DNA of 64,000 nucleotides, from the NCBI GenBank assembly GCA_028724185.1, contig JAQYDN010000002.1:18979-82978 (forward strand), in the 5' to 3' direction. The DNA is from Bacillota bacterium. GTDB lineage: Bacteria > Bacillota > Clostridia > Tissierellales > Peptoniphilaceae. Positions 41,579 through 51,276 of this stretch are shown here, piece by piece. The position numbers and the translations under genes are program-made. Each line of letters opens with the position of its first letter. The first letter of the stretch is position 1. Under the pieces are notes generated by a model that saw nothing but the letters and a program-made list of their open reading frames with translations, did not search any database and was not told the DNA's origin.

Positions 41579-43869
41579 AGTTGTCTTCTTTCCTTTACAT
41601 AAATCGACAGCCTCCACGCCGTCGCTACTAAGAATATCACGTCGACTGTAAAAATGATACAATCCTTAATCGATAATTTATCGCCGCGATAAACCTCGAC
41701 GTCGATCTTTCCATCTTTAAATGTCAGGGAGATCGCGCCGTCTTTCGTCTCGAGATAGGGAATGCGGAGATCGCAAAGACGCTCGAGGACCTCGGGATGC
41801 GGATGGCCGTAGCGGTTGTGCTCGCCGGCGGAAATCATCGCGAGCTTCGGCTGCGCGGCGGCCAGTAAGGCCTCGGAGGTGGAGGTCTTCGACCCGTGGT
41901 GGGCGAGCTTTATGACCGTCGCATGCCCCGCGATTTCAGCGAGCTCCTCTTCTTCCCTCGCCGGAAGATCGCCCAGATAGAGCGCGCTCGCCCCGTTCGA
42001 CTCGAGCCGCATCGCCATCGACGATTCGTTACCGCTCGCCCCGAACGGCGGATAGATCGTAAGATTCCATCGATCGAGCGGAAATTTCCCGGATACCGTC
42101 TCGACCTCGCAGACTTCGCGCGACACCGCGCGGCGCATCGCGAGATCCTCGGCATCCTCCGACTTCGGGCCGAATACGCGTCTAATCTTACACGACTCGG
42201 CGACCGTAAAGATGCCCTGCATATGGTCCGCGTCGTAATGCGAGATAAATACGGCGTCCAACTTGGATATATTCTTATGTCTCAGCACGGGGAGTACGTA
42301 GTACTTCGCCGGATCGCCTCCGAACGCACTCCCGCCGGTGTCGATAAGCGCCGTCAAGTCCCTCGACTCGATCAATGCACAGTCTCCCTGCCCGACATAC
42401 AACTGCGTAATTTGCAAGTCCTCCCGCGGCATATGCCCGTATGCGAGCGCGAGTACCATCATCGAGGCCGCCTGCACCGTAAGAATCGTGCCCGCCTTCT
42501 TCGTCAAATACCGAAACGGGAAATACGACGCCAACAAGATGACCCCGTAGTAGACGAGCGCATCGGATATCGTAAAATTCGGAAGCGGAATCGACCAGGC
42601 GTGGGCCGCAAAGGCCTCGACGAGCGCGGCAAAGACGGAAAAGAGCGCATTCATTATCAGGGCGATCCCCGCGGCGATCTGCGAAAAGAGCGGGTGGAGA
42701 ATGCTGAGCGCGATTCCGCCGTAGAGCAAAAGCCCCGCCAAGGGCAAGATCACGACATTTGCCGCGACGCTCATCACGGAGACCCGACCCGAGAGGCGAC
42801 TCAAAAGCGGGACGATCATGATCGTAATCGCCGAAGAAACGCCTATACCCTTCAAAATACCCGTCGCCCGCTCGTCGAGGCGGGTCCACCTCGGATAGAT
42901 GCACAAGATCGCATAGACGGATAAAAAGCTGAACCAAAACCCCATGTGGTAGATTAAAAAGGGATTGAACAACAGAAATACACACGCACTGAACGAGAGC
43001 GCGTAAACCGGATCGACCGGTGATTTCAAGGCCTTCCCGATGTCGATAAAGACGAGCGAGAAAAAGACGCGCATCCCGCCGACGGGAAAGGATGTGAGGA
43101 ACAAGTAAAAGAGCGTGAGTGCATGGATGAGCGGTTTCGCCGCCCGAATAGGCGCCGTCGTCACGCGCGCGATCTTTTTTAAGAGTGCGACGATCAGGCC
43201 GATATGTAAACCCGAAATCGAGAGGATGTGGAGCAGGTTGAGCTCGTCGAGTTCCCCGAGTTCGCTCCAGTCGGCATCCGTCCCGTAGAGCATCGACGAG
43301 AGGATCGTCGCCTCCCGTCGAGGGAAATAACTCTTAAATACCTTCGTTCCGTAGCGCTGCCACCGCCCTCTTAGACGGTATAAGAAGGCGCGCGTCGTCT
43401 TCTCGCCGCGAACGACCTCTTCTTTTGAGGCCCGGATCGTCCCCGCGATGCGGTGCGCGAGCATATAGTGTCGTTCGTCAAATCCGCCGGGGTTTTTCGG
43501 CGCCTCGGGCGGCAAATATATCCCCGAAACCGCCACCGTCTCGCCCACCGCGGGTCTCGTAGGGGAAAGGATACGCGTCGACTTGAAAAAACCGCTCGAT
43601 ACGTCGTAATAGCCTTCTTTAGACTGCGTGACGACGCCCGCGAGGCGAACGGACTCGCCGTCGCTTAAAGGGGCTTCGAGCGCCTCCGTCGCATACAGGA
43701 CGCTCGCCGCGGCGAGAAGGACCGCGAGTCCGTAGCGTTTTTTCGTCATCCAAACAATCCCGATAAAAATCACCGTAAGGACGACCATCGAAAAGGCGAG
43801 CGGCACGCGATCCGCCAAAAAACATCCCGACGCCACCGCGGCGGCCAATATCAACCAAGGTTGCTTCAT
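41482..43869 (-). CDS. comEC: ComEC/Rec2 DNA uptake channel with metallo-beta-lactamase domain
   Basis: HILSISGLHI competence motif, GFWFSF, VGQGD, LIDTG, SHYDADH, HHGS and YGHPHPEV. Confidence 0.92.
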   Translation of the reverse strand: MKQPWLILAAAVASGCFLADRVPLAFSMVVLTVIFIGIVWMTKKRYGLAVLLAAASVLYATEALEAPLSDGESVRLAGVVTQSKEGYYDVSSGFFKSTRILSPTRPAVGETVAVSGIYLPPEAPKNPGGFDERHYMLAHRIAGTIRASKEEVVRGEKTTRAFLYRLRGRWQRYGTKVFKSYFPRREATILSSMLYGTDADWSELGELDELNLLHILSISGLHIGLIVALLKKIARVTTAPIRAAKPLIHALTLFYLFLTSFPVGGMRVFFSLVFIDIGKALKSPVDPVYALSFSACVFLLFNPFLIYHMGFWFSFLSVYAILCIYPRWTRLDERATGILKGIGVSSAITIMIVPLLSRLSGRVSVMSVAANVVILPLAGLLLYGGIALSILHPLFSQIAAGIALIMNALFSVFAALVEAFAAHAWSIPLPNFTISDALVYYGVILLASYFPFRYLTKKAGTILTVQAASMMVLALAYGHMPREDLQITQLYVGQGDCALIESRDLTALIDTGGSAFGGDPAKYYVLPVLRHKNISKLDAVFISHYDADHMQGIFTVAESCKIRRVFGPKSEDAEDLAMRRAVSREVCEVETVSGKFPLDRWNLTIYPPFGASGNESSMAMRLESNGASALYLGDLPAREEEELAEIAGHATVIKLAHHGSKTSTSEALLAAAQPKLAMISAGEHNRYGHPHPEVLERLCDLRIPYLETKDGAISLTFKDGKIDVEVYRGDKLSIKDCIIFTVDVIFLVATAWRLSIYVKERRQLWNQFITVEPTSCTDRKSTVWSRSGLNSKNAI

Positions 43870-43942
43870 TTAAGACCCACTCTCGTAACTCCTCGATATC
43901 GGATATGTGATAAAATAAGATAAACTGTCAAAGGAGGCGTTT

Positions 43943-45088
43943 ATGGCTCTATATTTATCGGACCCCTATCGAAAGACGATGGAGATCACCATTCCCGATA
44001 CCGTAAAAAGCAAAGGCTACCATTATTTCTTACTGGAAGATAGCATCGTCGCACCGCCGGTGGAACACTACACGAAGGGCGATGCCGCGTTTATAGATAA
44101 TCAACCCGTCGACTACACCGTCATCGAAGACGGACATCTTCAATGTAAGGTCGAAAACATCGAAAGCGGAGCGAAGAAAGAACTCACCATCGACTGGCCG
44201 CGCAGACTTCAACATATGCAGGACAACATCGCGCGCATCCTACTTACGGCCGCCGTCGATAAGCTCCTACACGTCGACGTCCTGGACGCATCGACCGAAG
44301 AAGAGTGCTATATCCTCGTCGACACCGAGGACATCGGGTTTGTATCCCTCGAAAAAATAGAAAACTTCGTCAACCATCTTATCGAATCCAACCTGCCGAT
44401 TCAAGAACACGCGGACTCCGTCGAGATCGCGGGAATCGACGAGTCCAAGAGCGTCGGCCCCGTCTTAAAACAGACCGGCGAACTCGCCCTGTTCGCGATA
44501 AAAAAAGTCGAAAAGATCGAACAAGGACTCAAACTGTCCTTTGCCGCCGGTCGCGCGGCGCTCGACGACTACCGAAACCACCGATACCTTACAAAAAACC
44601 TCTCGATGTACTTGCAGGCAAGTACCACAAAAGATATTTGGCGCGCCGTCAAAAAACTCCAGGGCAAAATCGACGGCCAAAAAAAGACCATCGACGAATT
44701 AGAGGCGAAGTTGGGACTCGAACAGGTCCAGGAATTCATGTCGCGACGCCGAACGATTCAAGGCGTCGGCTACATCTACTTGACCCTCGAGAACATCAAC
44801 TTTAAAAACTTTAAAAACCTCACGCAGGCCATCCAAAAGAAAGCCAAGACCGTCCAAATCTATGGCATCCCCAACGGCAACGAAGCACAAATCCACGTCA
44901 TCCGCAGCGCCGATGTCAACGTCGATTTGAAAAAAATCCTGGACTCGCTGGACGACGAGCACCTCGACGGGACGGGCAATCTCTATCGCGTACAGGCCAA
45001 TGTCCCGCGCGGCAATATGACCCGCGTCATGGAGACGTTCTTGTTCAAGATCCAACGAGAACTCGCAGACGAGAAGAAAAACGATTAG
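43943..45088 (+). CDS. AlaX-like / DHHA1 tRNA-editing homolog with degenerate Zn site
   Basis: LY.DPY start, IDWPRRLQHMQ, KQTGEL..KKVEK..FAAGRAALDDY, coiled coil and DHHA1-like tail; HxxxH and CxxxH ligands absent. Confidence 0.72.
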   Translation: MALYLSDPYRKTMEITIPDTVKSKGYHYFLLEDSIVAPPVEHYTKGDAAFIDNQPVDYTVIEDGHLQCKVENIESGAKKELTIDWPRRLQHMQDNIARILLTAAVDKLLHVDVLDASTEEECYILVDTEDIGFVSLEKIENFVNHLIESNLPIQEHADSVEIAGIDESKSVGPVLKQTGELALFAIKKVEKIEQGLKLSFAAGRAALDDYRNHRYLTKNLSMYLQASTTKDIWRAVKKLQGKIDGQKKTIDELEAKLGLEQVQEFMSRRRTIQGVGYIYLTLENINFKNFKNLTQAIQKKAKTVQIYGIPNGNEAQIHVIRSADVNVDLKKILDSLDDEHLDGTGNLYRVQANVPRGNMTRVMETFLFKIQRELADEKKND

Positions 45089-45119
45089 ACGCGCGTCCCT
45101 CGTCTATCCAAAAGATACA

Positions 45120-45176
45120 AAAAGCCCGCGTGTACAGACTTTATACGCCATAAAGTCCGTACGCGGGGCTTTTTTT
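45120..45176. terminator. Long bidirectional terminator hairpin
   Basis: AAAGCCCGCGTGTACAGACTTTAT-ACGCC-ATAAAGTCCGTACGCGGGGCTTT plus T tract, between convergent genes. Confidence 0.8.
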
Positions 45177-46041
45177 AATGCGATTCGATAATTTCCGCGC
45201 CGCGATCGGTCGTGTGCAGGATGCGAATGTCCCACTCGGCCTCGAGCGGTTCGGAAATTTTCTTCCAGCTGTCCCGGATTACTTCGAGGTCTTCCGATTT
45301 TTCGGTCACAAATAACAGCGTCGGACCGGCCCCGCTGATCACCATTTTTCCGGGGTATCGGTCTTCGATCGCCTTCATCTCTTTATAGCCGTCGATGAGT
45401 TCCGAACGATACGGCTCGTGGATGATGTCTTTAAGGCCCATAAAAATCGCTTCCGTATCGCAGGTATCCAGCCCGTGGATCAAAAGCGCCATCCGGCCGA
45501 TGTTTGCGATCGCATCTTCGTAGGACAATTGTTTGGGAAGTACGGCGCGCGCCTCCGCCGTCGACAAGTCGAAATCGGGAAACGCGGCGATCGTCGAAAT
45601 CGCGTCGATATGCTTTACTTTTCTGTAAATAATCTTGTCGTCCTCGGAGATGCTCACGACGCAGCCGCCGAGGAGCGCCGGCGCGACGTTGTCGGGGTGT
45701 CCCTCGAAATCGGACGCCATCTTTAAGATCTCCTCCTCGTTAAACGGATAGTCCAAAAGGGCGTTTGCGCCTACCATGCCGCCGACGATACAGGTCGCGC
45801 TGCTCCCGAGTCCCCTGGCGATCGGGATGTCTGCATCGACCTCGTAGGTAAAGGCATCCATCGAGCGATTCGCCTTGTCGAAGACGACCTTCGCCGCCGC
45901 ATAAATCATCGACCCGCGATCCACATCGTCCCCGTCCAAGGTAAAGGTAAACGTGTTGTATAAATCCAGTGCGGTTCCGATCACGTCGAATCCCGGCCCC
46001 ATATTCGCCGTCGTCGCCGGCACGCGTACTTTAATCATCAA
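45175..46041 (-). CDS. thrB: Homoserine kinase
   Basis: VPATTANMGPGFD, IPIARGLGSSA, EGHPDNVAPA and ISGAGPT. Confidence 0.96.
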   Translation of the reverse strand: MMIKVRVPATTANMGPGFDVIGTALDLYNTFTFTLDGDDVDRGSMIYAAAKVVFDKANRSMDAFTYEVDADIPIARGLGSSATCIVGGMVGANALLDYPFNEEEILKMASDFEGHPDNVAPALLGGCVVSISEDDKIIYRKVKHIDAISTIAAFPDFDLSTAEARAVLPKQLSYEDAIANIGRMALLIHGLDTCDTEAIFMGLKDIIHEPYRSELIDGYKEMKAIEDRYPGKMVISGAGPTLLFVTEKSEDLEVIRDSWKKISEPLEAEWDIRILHTTDRGAEIIESH

Positions 46042-47470
46042 ATCCCTCCTTGACGACGAGGGGCATCTCGTCGATTTTAATACTTTCTTTAAACCGTTCC
46101 GGTTTGCGGAACACCTCCTCGAGCGCCTTTGGGATCGGTTCGCTCGAGACCTTCTCGATTTCTCTTAGCAGCGCCTCGGTATCCTCCTCTTTCGGAAGAT
46201 TAAGCGCGTCGGCGACCGTCTCGGGAAATTTATACGGGCTCGCCGTCGCCATGAGGAGCACGTGACGCGGCGATGCGTGTTTCTTAACCCCGTCGTAGGC
46301 CACCGCCGTATGCGGATCCATCAGATAACCGTAGCGCTCAAATACGTCTTTAATACGCGCCTCGCCCTCGGCATCGGTCGTCCAGTAACCGACTAACTTC
46401 GAGCGTCGAATCAAGTCGACGGGGATATCGAAGCGCCCGCGTTCCTTCAACTCGTCCATCTTTTCTTTTACTTTTTCATCTCTTTTAAGAATTAACTGTA
46501 GATACCGCTCGATGTTGCTCGCCACCAAGATGTCCATCGACGGCGAAGTCGTCTTGTAAAAATCGCGGTGCGTATCGTACACGCCCGTGTTGATAAAATC
46601 GGTCAGCACGTGATTTTTATTCGACGCACAGATAAACTGTCCGAAGGGAAGCCCCATGCGCTTTGCATACATCGACGCCAAAATATTTCCGAAATTTCCC
46701 GTCGGAACACAGATATCGACCGTCTCGCCCATCTCGATCGTTCCCCTGCGGACGAGCTCCAGATAAGAATAAATATAGTAGACGATCTGCGGAACGAGCC
46801 TTCCTATATTAATTGAGTTCGCGGAGGAAAACTCGATTCCCGACGCCCGTCCCTCTTCTCGAAGCGCGTCGTCTTGAAACATCTCCTTCACGGTGCGCTG
46901 CGCGTCGTCGAAGTTGCCGTCGATGCCGTAGACGTGGACGTTTTCTCCCTCTTGGGTCGTCATCTGTCTCTTTTGCATCGTACTCACGCCGTTCGCCGGA
47001 TAAAAGACGAAGATATCCGTATTCTCGACGTCCTTAAATCCCGCGAGCGCCGCCTTCCCCGTGTCGCCGCTCGTGGCCGTCAAGATGCGCACCTTCCGCC
47101 CCGCGGCCGATTCCTTCATCAGATAAGGGAGCATTTGTAGGGCAAAGTCTTTAAATGCCGCCGTCGGACCGTGAAACAACTCCGCCACGGTCACGTCGCC
47201 GAGCTCGGTATAGCCGACGGCATTGTCGCGATCAAACTCTTTGTATGCCGCTTGCGCGCTTTCCTTTAAATAGCTCGCATCGAAGTCTTCGAAAAACGTT
47301 TCCAACACCGCACATGCCAATTCGCTGTAGCTCGCGTGGAGGTAATCTTCGAAAGAAAACGACGGTATATATTCGGGGACGTAAAGACCGCCGTCGTCGG
47401 CGGGACCCCTAAAGATCGCCTCTTTTGCGGGGATTGCCTTCCTGCGATCCCGCGTGGAATAATACTTCAT
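46031..47470 (-). CDS. thrC: Threonine synthase
   Basis: YYSTRD, DGGLYVP, ELFHGPTAAFKD (PLP Lys), ATSGDTG, NSINIGR and VPTGNFGN. Confidence 0.96.
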   Translation of the reverse strand: MKYYSTRDRRKAIPAKEAIFRGPADDGGLYVPEYIPSFSFEDYLHASYSELACAVLETFFEDFDASYLKESAQAAYKEFDRDNAVGYTELGDVTVAELFHGPTAAFKDFALQMLPYLMKESAAGRKVRILTATSGDTGKAALAGFKDVENTDIFVFYPANGVSTMQKRQMTTQEGENVHVYGIDGNFDDAQRTVKEMFQDDALREEGRASGIEFSSANSINIGRLVPQIVYYIYSYLELVRRGTIEMGETVDICVPTGNFGNILASMYAKRMGLPFGQFICASNKNHVLTDFINTGVYDTHRDFYKTTSPSMDILVASNIERYLQLILKRDEKVKEKMDELKERGRFDIPVDLIRRSKLVGYWTTDAEGEARIKDVFERYGYLMDPHTAVAYDGVKKHASPRHVLLMATASPYKFPETVADALNLPKEEDTEALLREIEKVSSEPIPKALEEVFRKPERFKESIKIDEMPLVVKEGFDD

Positions 47471-47524
47471 AAAACTCTCCTTATCCGTTTACTTCATTTT
47501 ATTAATGTATCACAGTTTACGCTA

Positions 47525-47553
47525 ATTATACCCCCGAATCAAGTGCTTTGAAA
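47525..47553 (-). promoter_or_regulatory. Putative thrCB promoter
   Basis: TTTCAA-N17-TATAAT. Confidence 0.55.
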
Positions 47554-47576
47554 AACGATTCTTCAACTTCAACTGG

Positions 47577-47605
47577 TGGACATTTCTTTAACAATGTATT
47601 ATAAT
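47577..47605 (+). promoter_or_regulatory. Putative nfnAB promoter
   Basis: TGGACA-N17-TATAAT; RBS GGGAGG before ATG 47636. Confidence 0.7.
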
Positions 47606-47635
47606 GATTGCACAGAGTATTGATGGGAGGTATTT

Positions 47636-48487
47636 ATGTTTAAGATTTTAGAGAAAAAAAATTTGGCACCTCACGTGTATTTAGTGCGCGTCGAGTCACC
47701 TCGCGTTGCTAAAGCCGCCAAACCCGGTCAGTTCGTCATCGTCATCGCCGACGAACACGCCGAGCGCGTGCCGTTGACGATCGCCAATTTTGACCGCGAA
47801 GAAGGATGGGTCGACCTCGTCGTCCAAGCATCCGGTCCTTCGACGACCAAGCTCGCATCCAAAGAAAAGGGAGACATGTTAAAAGACTTCGTCGGTCCCC
47901 TGGGCGTTCCCTCGGAATTCACGGAACTTTCCGATGATGAATTGAAACAAAAGAAATTTTTATTTGTCGGCGGTGGAATCGGCGCGGCACCGGTTTACCC
48001 CCAAGTACGTTACTTATCCGAACGCGGCATCACCTGCGATGTCATCATCGGCTTTAAAAACAAAGAAGCCGTCATCTACGAAGAAAACTTCAAGGAGTTA
48101 AACTGCAATCTCTACGTCTGTACCGACGACGGTTCGTACGGTTTTGACGGCATGGTAACCGCTAAGATCGAAGATCTGATCGAAAACGAAAAGAAAGAAT
48201 ACGACACCTGCGTCGCCATCGGCCCGATGATTATGATGAAGTTCGTATGTCTCACGACGAAGAAATACGATCTCCACACCATCGTCTCCTTAAACCCGAT
48301 CATGGTCGACGGAACGGGAATGTGTGGCGCATGCCGCGTCAGCATCGACGGCGAAACGAAATTCGCCTGCGTCCACGGTCCTGAATTTGACGGACATAAG
48401 GTCGACTTTGACCTCGCCATGAAACGTCAAAAACAATACATCAATGTGGAAAAAACAAAGGGTCAACAAGTTTGGAGGAATGCATAA
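47636..48487 (+). CDS. nfnA: NADH-dependent ferredoxin:NADP oxidoreductase small subunit
   Basis: AKPGQFVI, ERVPLTI, GPLG, GGGIG and DGTGMCGACRV..FAC.GPEF [2Fe-2S] motif. Confidence 0.88.
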   Translation: MFKILEKKNLAPHVYLVRVESPRVAKAAKPGQFVIVIADEHAERVPLTIANFDREEGWVDLVVQASGPSTTKLASKEKGDMLKDFVGPLGVPSEFTELSDDELKQKKFLFVGGGIGAAPVYPQVRYLSERGITCDVIIGFKNKEAVIYEENFKELNCNLYVCTDDGSYGFDGMVTAKIEDLIENEKKEYDTCVAIGPMIMMKFVCLTTKKYDLHTIVSLNPIMVDGTGMCGACRVSIDGETKFACVHGPEFDGHKVDFDLAMKRQKQYINVEKTKGQQVWRNA

Positions 48488-49869
48488 TGGATCGCCTTAC
48501 AAGAGTTCCCGTAAGAGAACAAGATCCCGATAAGAGAAATAAAAACTTTGAAGAGGTCTGCTACGGTTATAACCACGAAGAAGCGCTCGCCGAAGCAAAA
48601 CGCTGTCTCAACTGCAAGAACCCTCAATGTCGAACCGGATGTCCCGTCTCGATCGACATCCCGGCGTTTATCCACGAACTCTCGGAAGACAATCCCGAAG
48701 GCGCCGCCAAGGAACTCTCCAAATACACGGCACTTCCCGCCGTCTGCGGCAGAGTCTGCCCCCAAGAGAGCCAATGTGAAAAATACTGCGTTCTCGCCAA
48801 AAAAGGCGACGCCGTCAGCATCGGAAAATTGGAACGCTACGCGGCCGACTACGCGAGAGAACATAAGCTTCAAACCATGGAAGTCGCCGAGCCGAACGGC
48901 CACAAAGTCGCCGTCGTCGGCGCCGGACCTTCCGGCATCACCGTCGCGGGCGAACTCGTCAAGCTCGGCTACAAAGTCACCGTCTTCGAATCGCTTCAAC
49001 AGGCGGGCGGCGTACTCGTCTACGGGATTCCGCAATTCCGTCTCCCCGACGAAGTCGTCCAAAGTGAAGTGCAAAAACTGAAAGACCTGGGTGTCGAATT
49101 CGAAACCAACGCGATCGTCGGCAGAACCATGTCCCTCGAAAGCCTTCGAGACGAAGGTTACGAGGCGATCTACCTCGGTACCGGCGCCGGGCTTCCCCGA
49201 TTTATGAATATTCCCGGAGAAAACTTTAACGGCGTATTCTCCGCCAACGAATTCTTAACGCGTACCAACCTCATGCACGCCTATGAGGCCGGCTACGATA
49301 CCCCCATCATCGCGGGTAAAAAGACCGCCGTCATCGGCGGAGGCAACGTCGCCATGGACGCGGCCCGTGTTGCCAAGCGCCTGGGCTCCGATGTCACGGT
49401 CGTCTATCGACGCACCGAGAAGGAACTTCCCGCCCGTGCTGAAGAAGTTCACCACGCCAAAGAAGAGGGCATCAATTTCCACTTCCTCACCTCGCCCGTC
49501 GAAATCCACGCCGACGAAGACGGTTGGGTCAAGAGCATGACACTACGTCCCATGGAACTGGGCGAACCCGACGAATCGGGTAGACGCCGTCCCGTTCCCC
49601 TCGAAGGACAAGACTTCGAATTCGAAGCCGACACCGTCATCATGGCGCTCGGCACGAGCCCCAACCCCCTCCTCACCTCGACCAACCCGGATATCGAGAC
49701 CAACCGCAAGGAAGGTATCGTCGTCAACGAACAAGGCCAAAGTTCCGTCGAAGACGTCTTTGCAGGCGGCGACGCGGTAACCGGTGCGGCGACCGTTATC
49801 CTCGCAATGGGCGCGGGGAAACAGGCGGCCGAAGGTATCGACAACTATATCAAGAGCAAACAACAATAA
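48487..49869 (+). CDS. nfnB: NfnB large subunit (GltD-like; often annotated as glutamate synthase)
   Basis: CLNCKNPQCRTGCP, CGRVCPQESQC, GAGPSG, IGGGNVAMD and FAGGDAVTGAATV; TAATG overlap with nfnA; no gltB nearby. Confidence 0.88.
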   Translation: MDRLTRVPVREQDPDKRNKNFEEVCYGYNHEEALAEAKRCLNCKNPQCRTGCPVSIDIPAFIHELSEDNPEGAAKELSKYTALPAVCGRVCPQESQCEKYCVLAKKGDAVSIGKLERYAADYAREHKLQTMEVAEPNGHKVAVVGAGPSGITVAGELVKLGYKVTVFESLQQAGGVLVYGIPQFRLPDEVVQSEVQKLKDLGVEFETNAIVGRTMSLESLRDEGYEAIYLGTGAGLPRFMNIPGENFNGVFSANEFLTRTNLMHAYEAGYDTPIIAGKKTAVIGGGNVAMDAARVAKRLGSDVTVVYRRTEKELPARAEEVHHAKEEGINFHFLTSPVEIHADEDGWVKSMTLRPMELGEPDESGRRRPVPLEGQDFEFEADTVIMALGTSPNPLLTSTNPDIETNRKEGIVVNEQGQSSVEDVFAGGDAVTGAATVILAMGAGKQAAEGIDNYIKSKQQ

Positions 49870-49890
49870 TCATTGTAACGGATAAAACAC

Positions 49891-49916
49891 AAAATCGGAC
49901 CGCGCGGTCCGATTTT
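49891..49916. terminator. Perfect 26-bp palindrome, bidirectional terminator
   Basis: AAAATCGGACCGC/GCGGTCCGATTTT between convergent genes. Confidence 0.85.
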
Positions 49917-49996
49917 TTATATTTATTTAATTTTACGCGCCTCTCTTGGACAAATTTTACATCCGCGTGATAAACTGTCCCTGAGAAGGGACGGCA

Positions 49997-51232
49997 CTAC
50001 TCATGATGACCGTGCCCGCCTTCGCCGTGGTGACCGCAACATTCGCCATCTCCGTGGTGATGGTGGTGTCCGCCTTCGCCGTGGTGACCGCAACATTCGC
50101 CGTCTCCGTGGTGATGGCCGTGTGCGTCTTCGCCGTGGTGACCGCAACATTCGCCGTCTCCGTGGTGATGGTCGTGTGCGTCTTCGTCCGGCAAAAATTC
50201 GCCGTCGAGTTTTTCGGCGAGACGATGGATGTTGGCGTGAATATCTTCGTCGTGAAAGAGAGCGTCCAAGTTGATATAGATGTCCATGGCGAGTTCAATA
50301 TTCCCTTCTTCTTCCGCCTTTTCGGCGATTCGCTCGAGCGTCGTCGCGCGATCGGGGGGAATGGTGCCTACGATATCCCGTTCTTTCAGGTATTCTTTAA
50401 ACGTCTCCACGGGCGCCGGTTCGGCGTCGGGGAAGCGCCCTTGAATCAACATGAGATTGCCGTCCGCTTCGTCGTTCTCCTCGTCATATTCCTTCGCGAT
50501 CATGCTGCAGGAGAGCGCAAGCGACGGTCTGTTTTCCTTATATAAAAAATAACCTTCATTCGAGAAGCAGTTTGAGAAATCTGCCGCGCGATATGCCGAT
50601 TCGAACGCTTCTTGATTGTATGTTTTCGCCCGCGTCATGTCGCCTTGAAGACGATATACCTTCGATAGGCTCAGTCGATTGACCGTGGACATGGGATTGA
50701 CCTTGATCGCCTGTTCGAGATAGCGGGCCGCCTCGTCGAGCTCCTTCAGCTCCAGCGCCATGCCTCCGCGAAGACTCAGCCAAATTTCGACTTCCGGTCC
50801 TAAAATCGGCACTTTTTCCTCGACGTGTTCGACGCGATAGAGGATTTCTTCGGTCAACGACTGAAACGATCTGAACGTCTCGTCTCGATCGAGTGCATCG
50901 AGAGAGGCCCCGATAAAGGTTACCTCGTCTTTCATGCGGTTTAAGAAATCATTCGCCCCCGCGTAATCCTCGTCCAACACTTTGGCGAAGACGGCATCCA
51001 GTAAGGTGTAAAACCGCTCCATGTCGGAGCTGTCGGTCTCTATCGTCCGAAAACCTTCCTCCCCCTCGCCGCGGTGCTCGGCAATCATTTGTTGCCCGTA
51101 TTTTAACAGTTTATCGGCGAGTTCGGATTCGCCTTGCGTACTCAATCGGCGAACTTCCTCTGAAATAGCATCGAGGTCTTTGACATAGTCGCCGCTCAAT
51201 TGATTGATAAATTCTTCATATCTTTGATCCAT
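49997..51232 (-). CDS. TPR-containing protein with a His/Cys-rich repeated C-terminal tail
   Basis: TPR-like AARYLEQAIKVNP..LSKVYRLQGD; tail of three HHHGDGECCGHHGE units; ATG 51232 with GGAGG. Confidence 0.8.
   Translation of the reverse strand: MDQRYEEFINQLSGDYVKDLDAISEEVRRLSTQGESELADKLLKYGQQMIAEHRGEGEEGFRTIETDSSDMERFYTLLDAVFAKVLDEDYAGANDFLNRMKDEVTFIGASLDALDRDETFRSFQSLTEEILYRVEHVEEKVPILGPEVEIWLSLRGGMALELKELDEAARYLEQAIKVNPMSTVNRLSLSKVYRLQGDMTRAKTYNQEAFESAYRAADFSNCFSNEGYFLYKENRPSLALSCSMIAKEYDEENDEADGNLMLIQGRFPDAEPAPVETFKEYLKERDIVGTIPPDRATTLERIAEKAEEEGNIELAMDIYINLDALFHDEDIHANIHRLAEKLDGEFLPDEDAHDHHHGDGECCGHHGEDAHGHHHGDGECCGHHGEGGHHHHHGDGECCGHHGEGGHGHHE
50021..50182. repeat. Intragenic tandem repeat, 3 x 54 bp
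   Basis: Units begin TTCGCCGTGGTGACCGCAACATTCGCC at 50021, 50075 and 50129; a partial fourth begins at 50183. Confidence 0.95.
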
Positions 51233-51276
51233 CTTTACCTCCACTTACAGTATATCAAATCTTTAAAGGAGTTGTT

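Noticed and set aside
48487-49869. Glutamate synthase call
   Set aside because: No gltB large subunit; the pairing with an NfnA-type gene indicates NfnAB transhydrogenase.
50021-50182. Possible CRISPR array
   Set aside because: Contiguous 54-bp in-frame coding repeats with no unique spacers and no cas genes.
49957-50545. Repetitive ORFs with TTTTETANVAV or VVMVVSAFAV units
   Set aside because: They are alternate-frame readings of the 54-bp repeat in the TPR-His gene, which has the RBS and the coherent domain.
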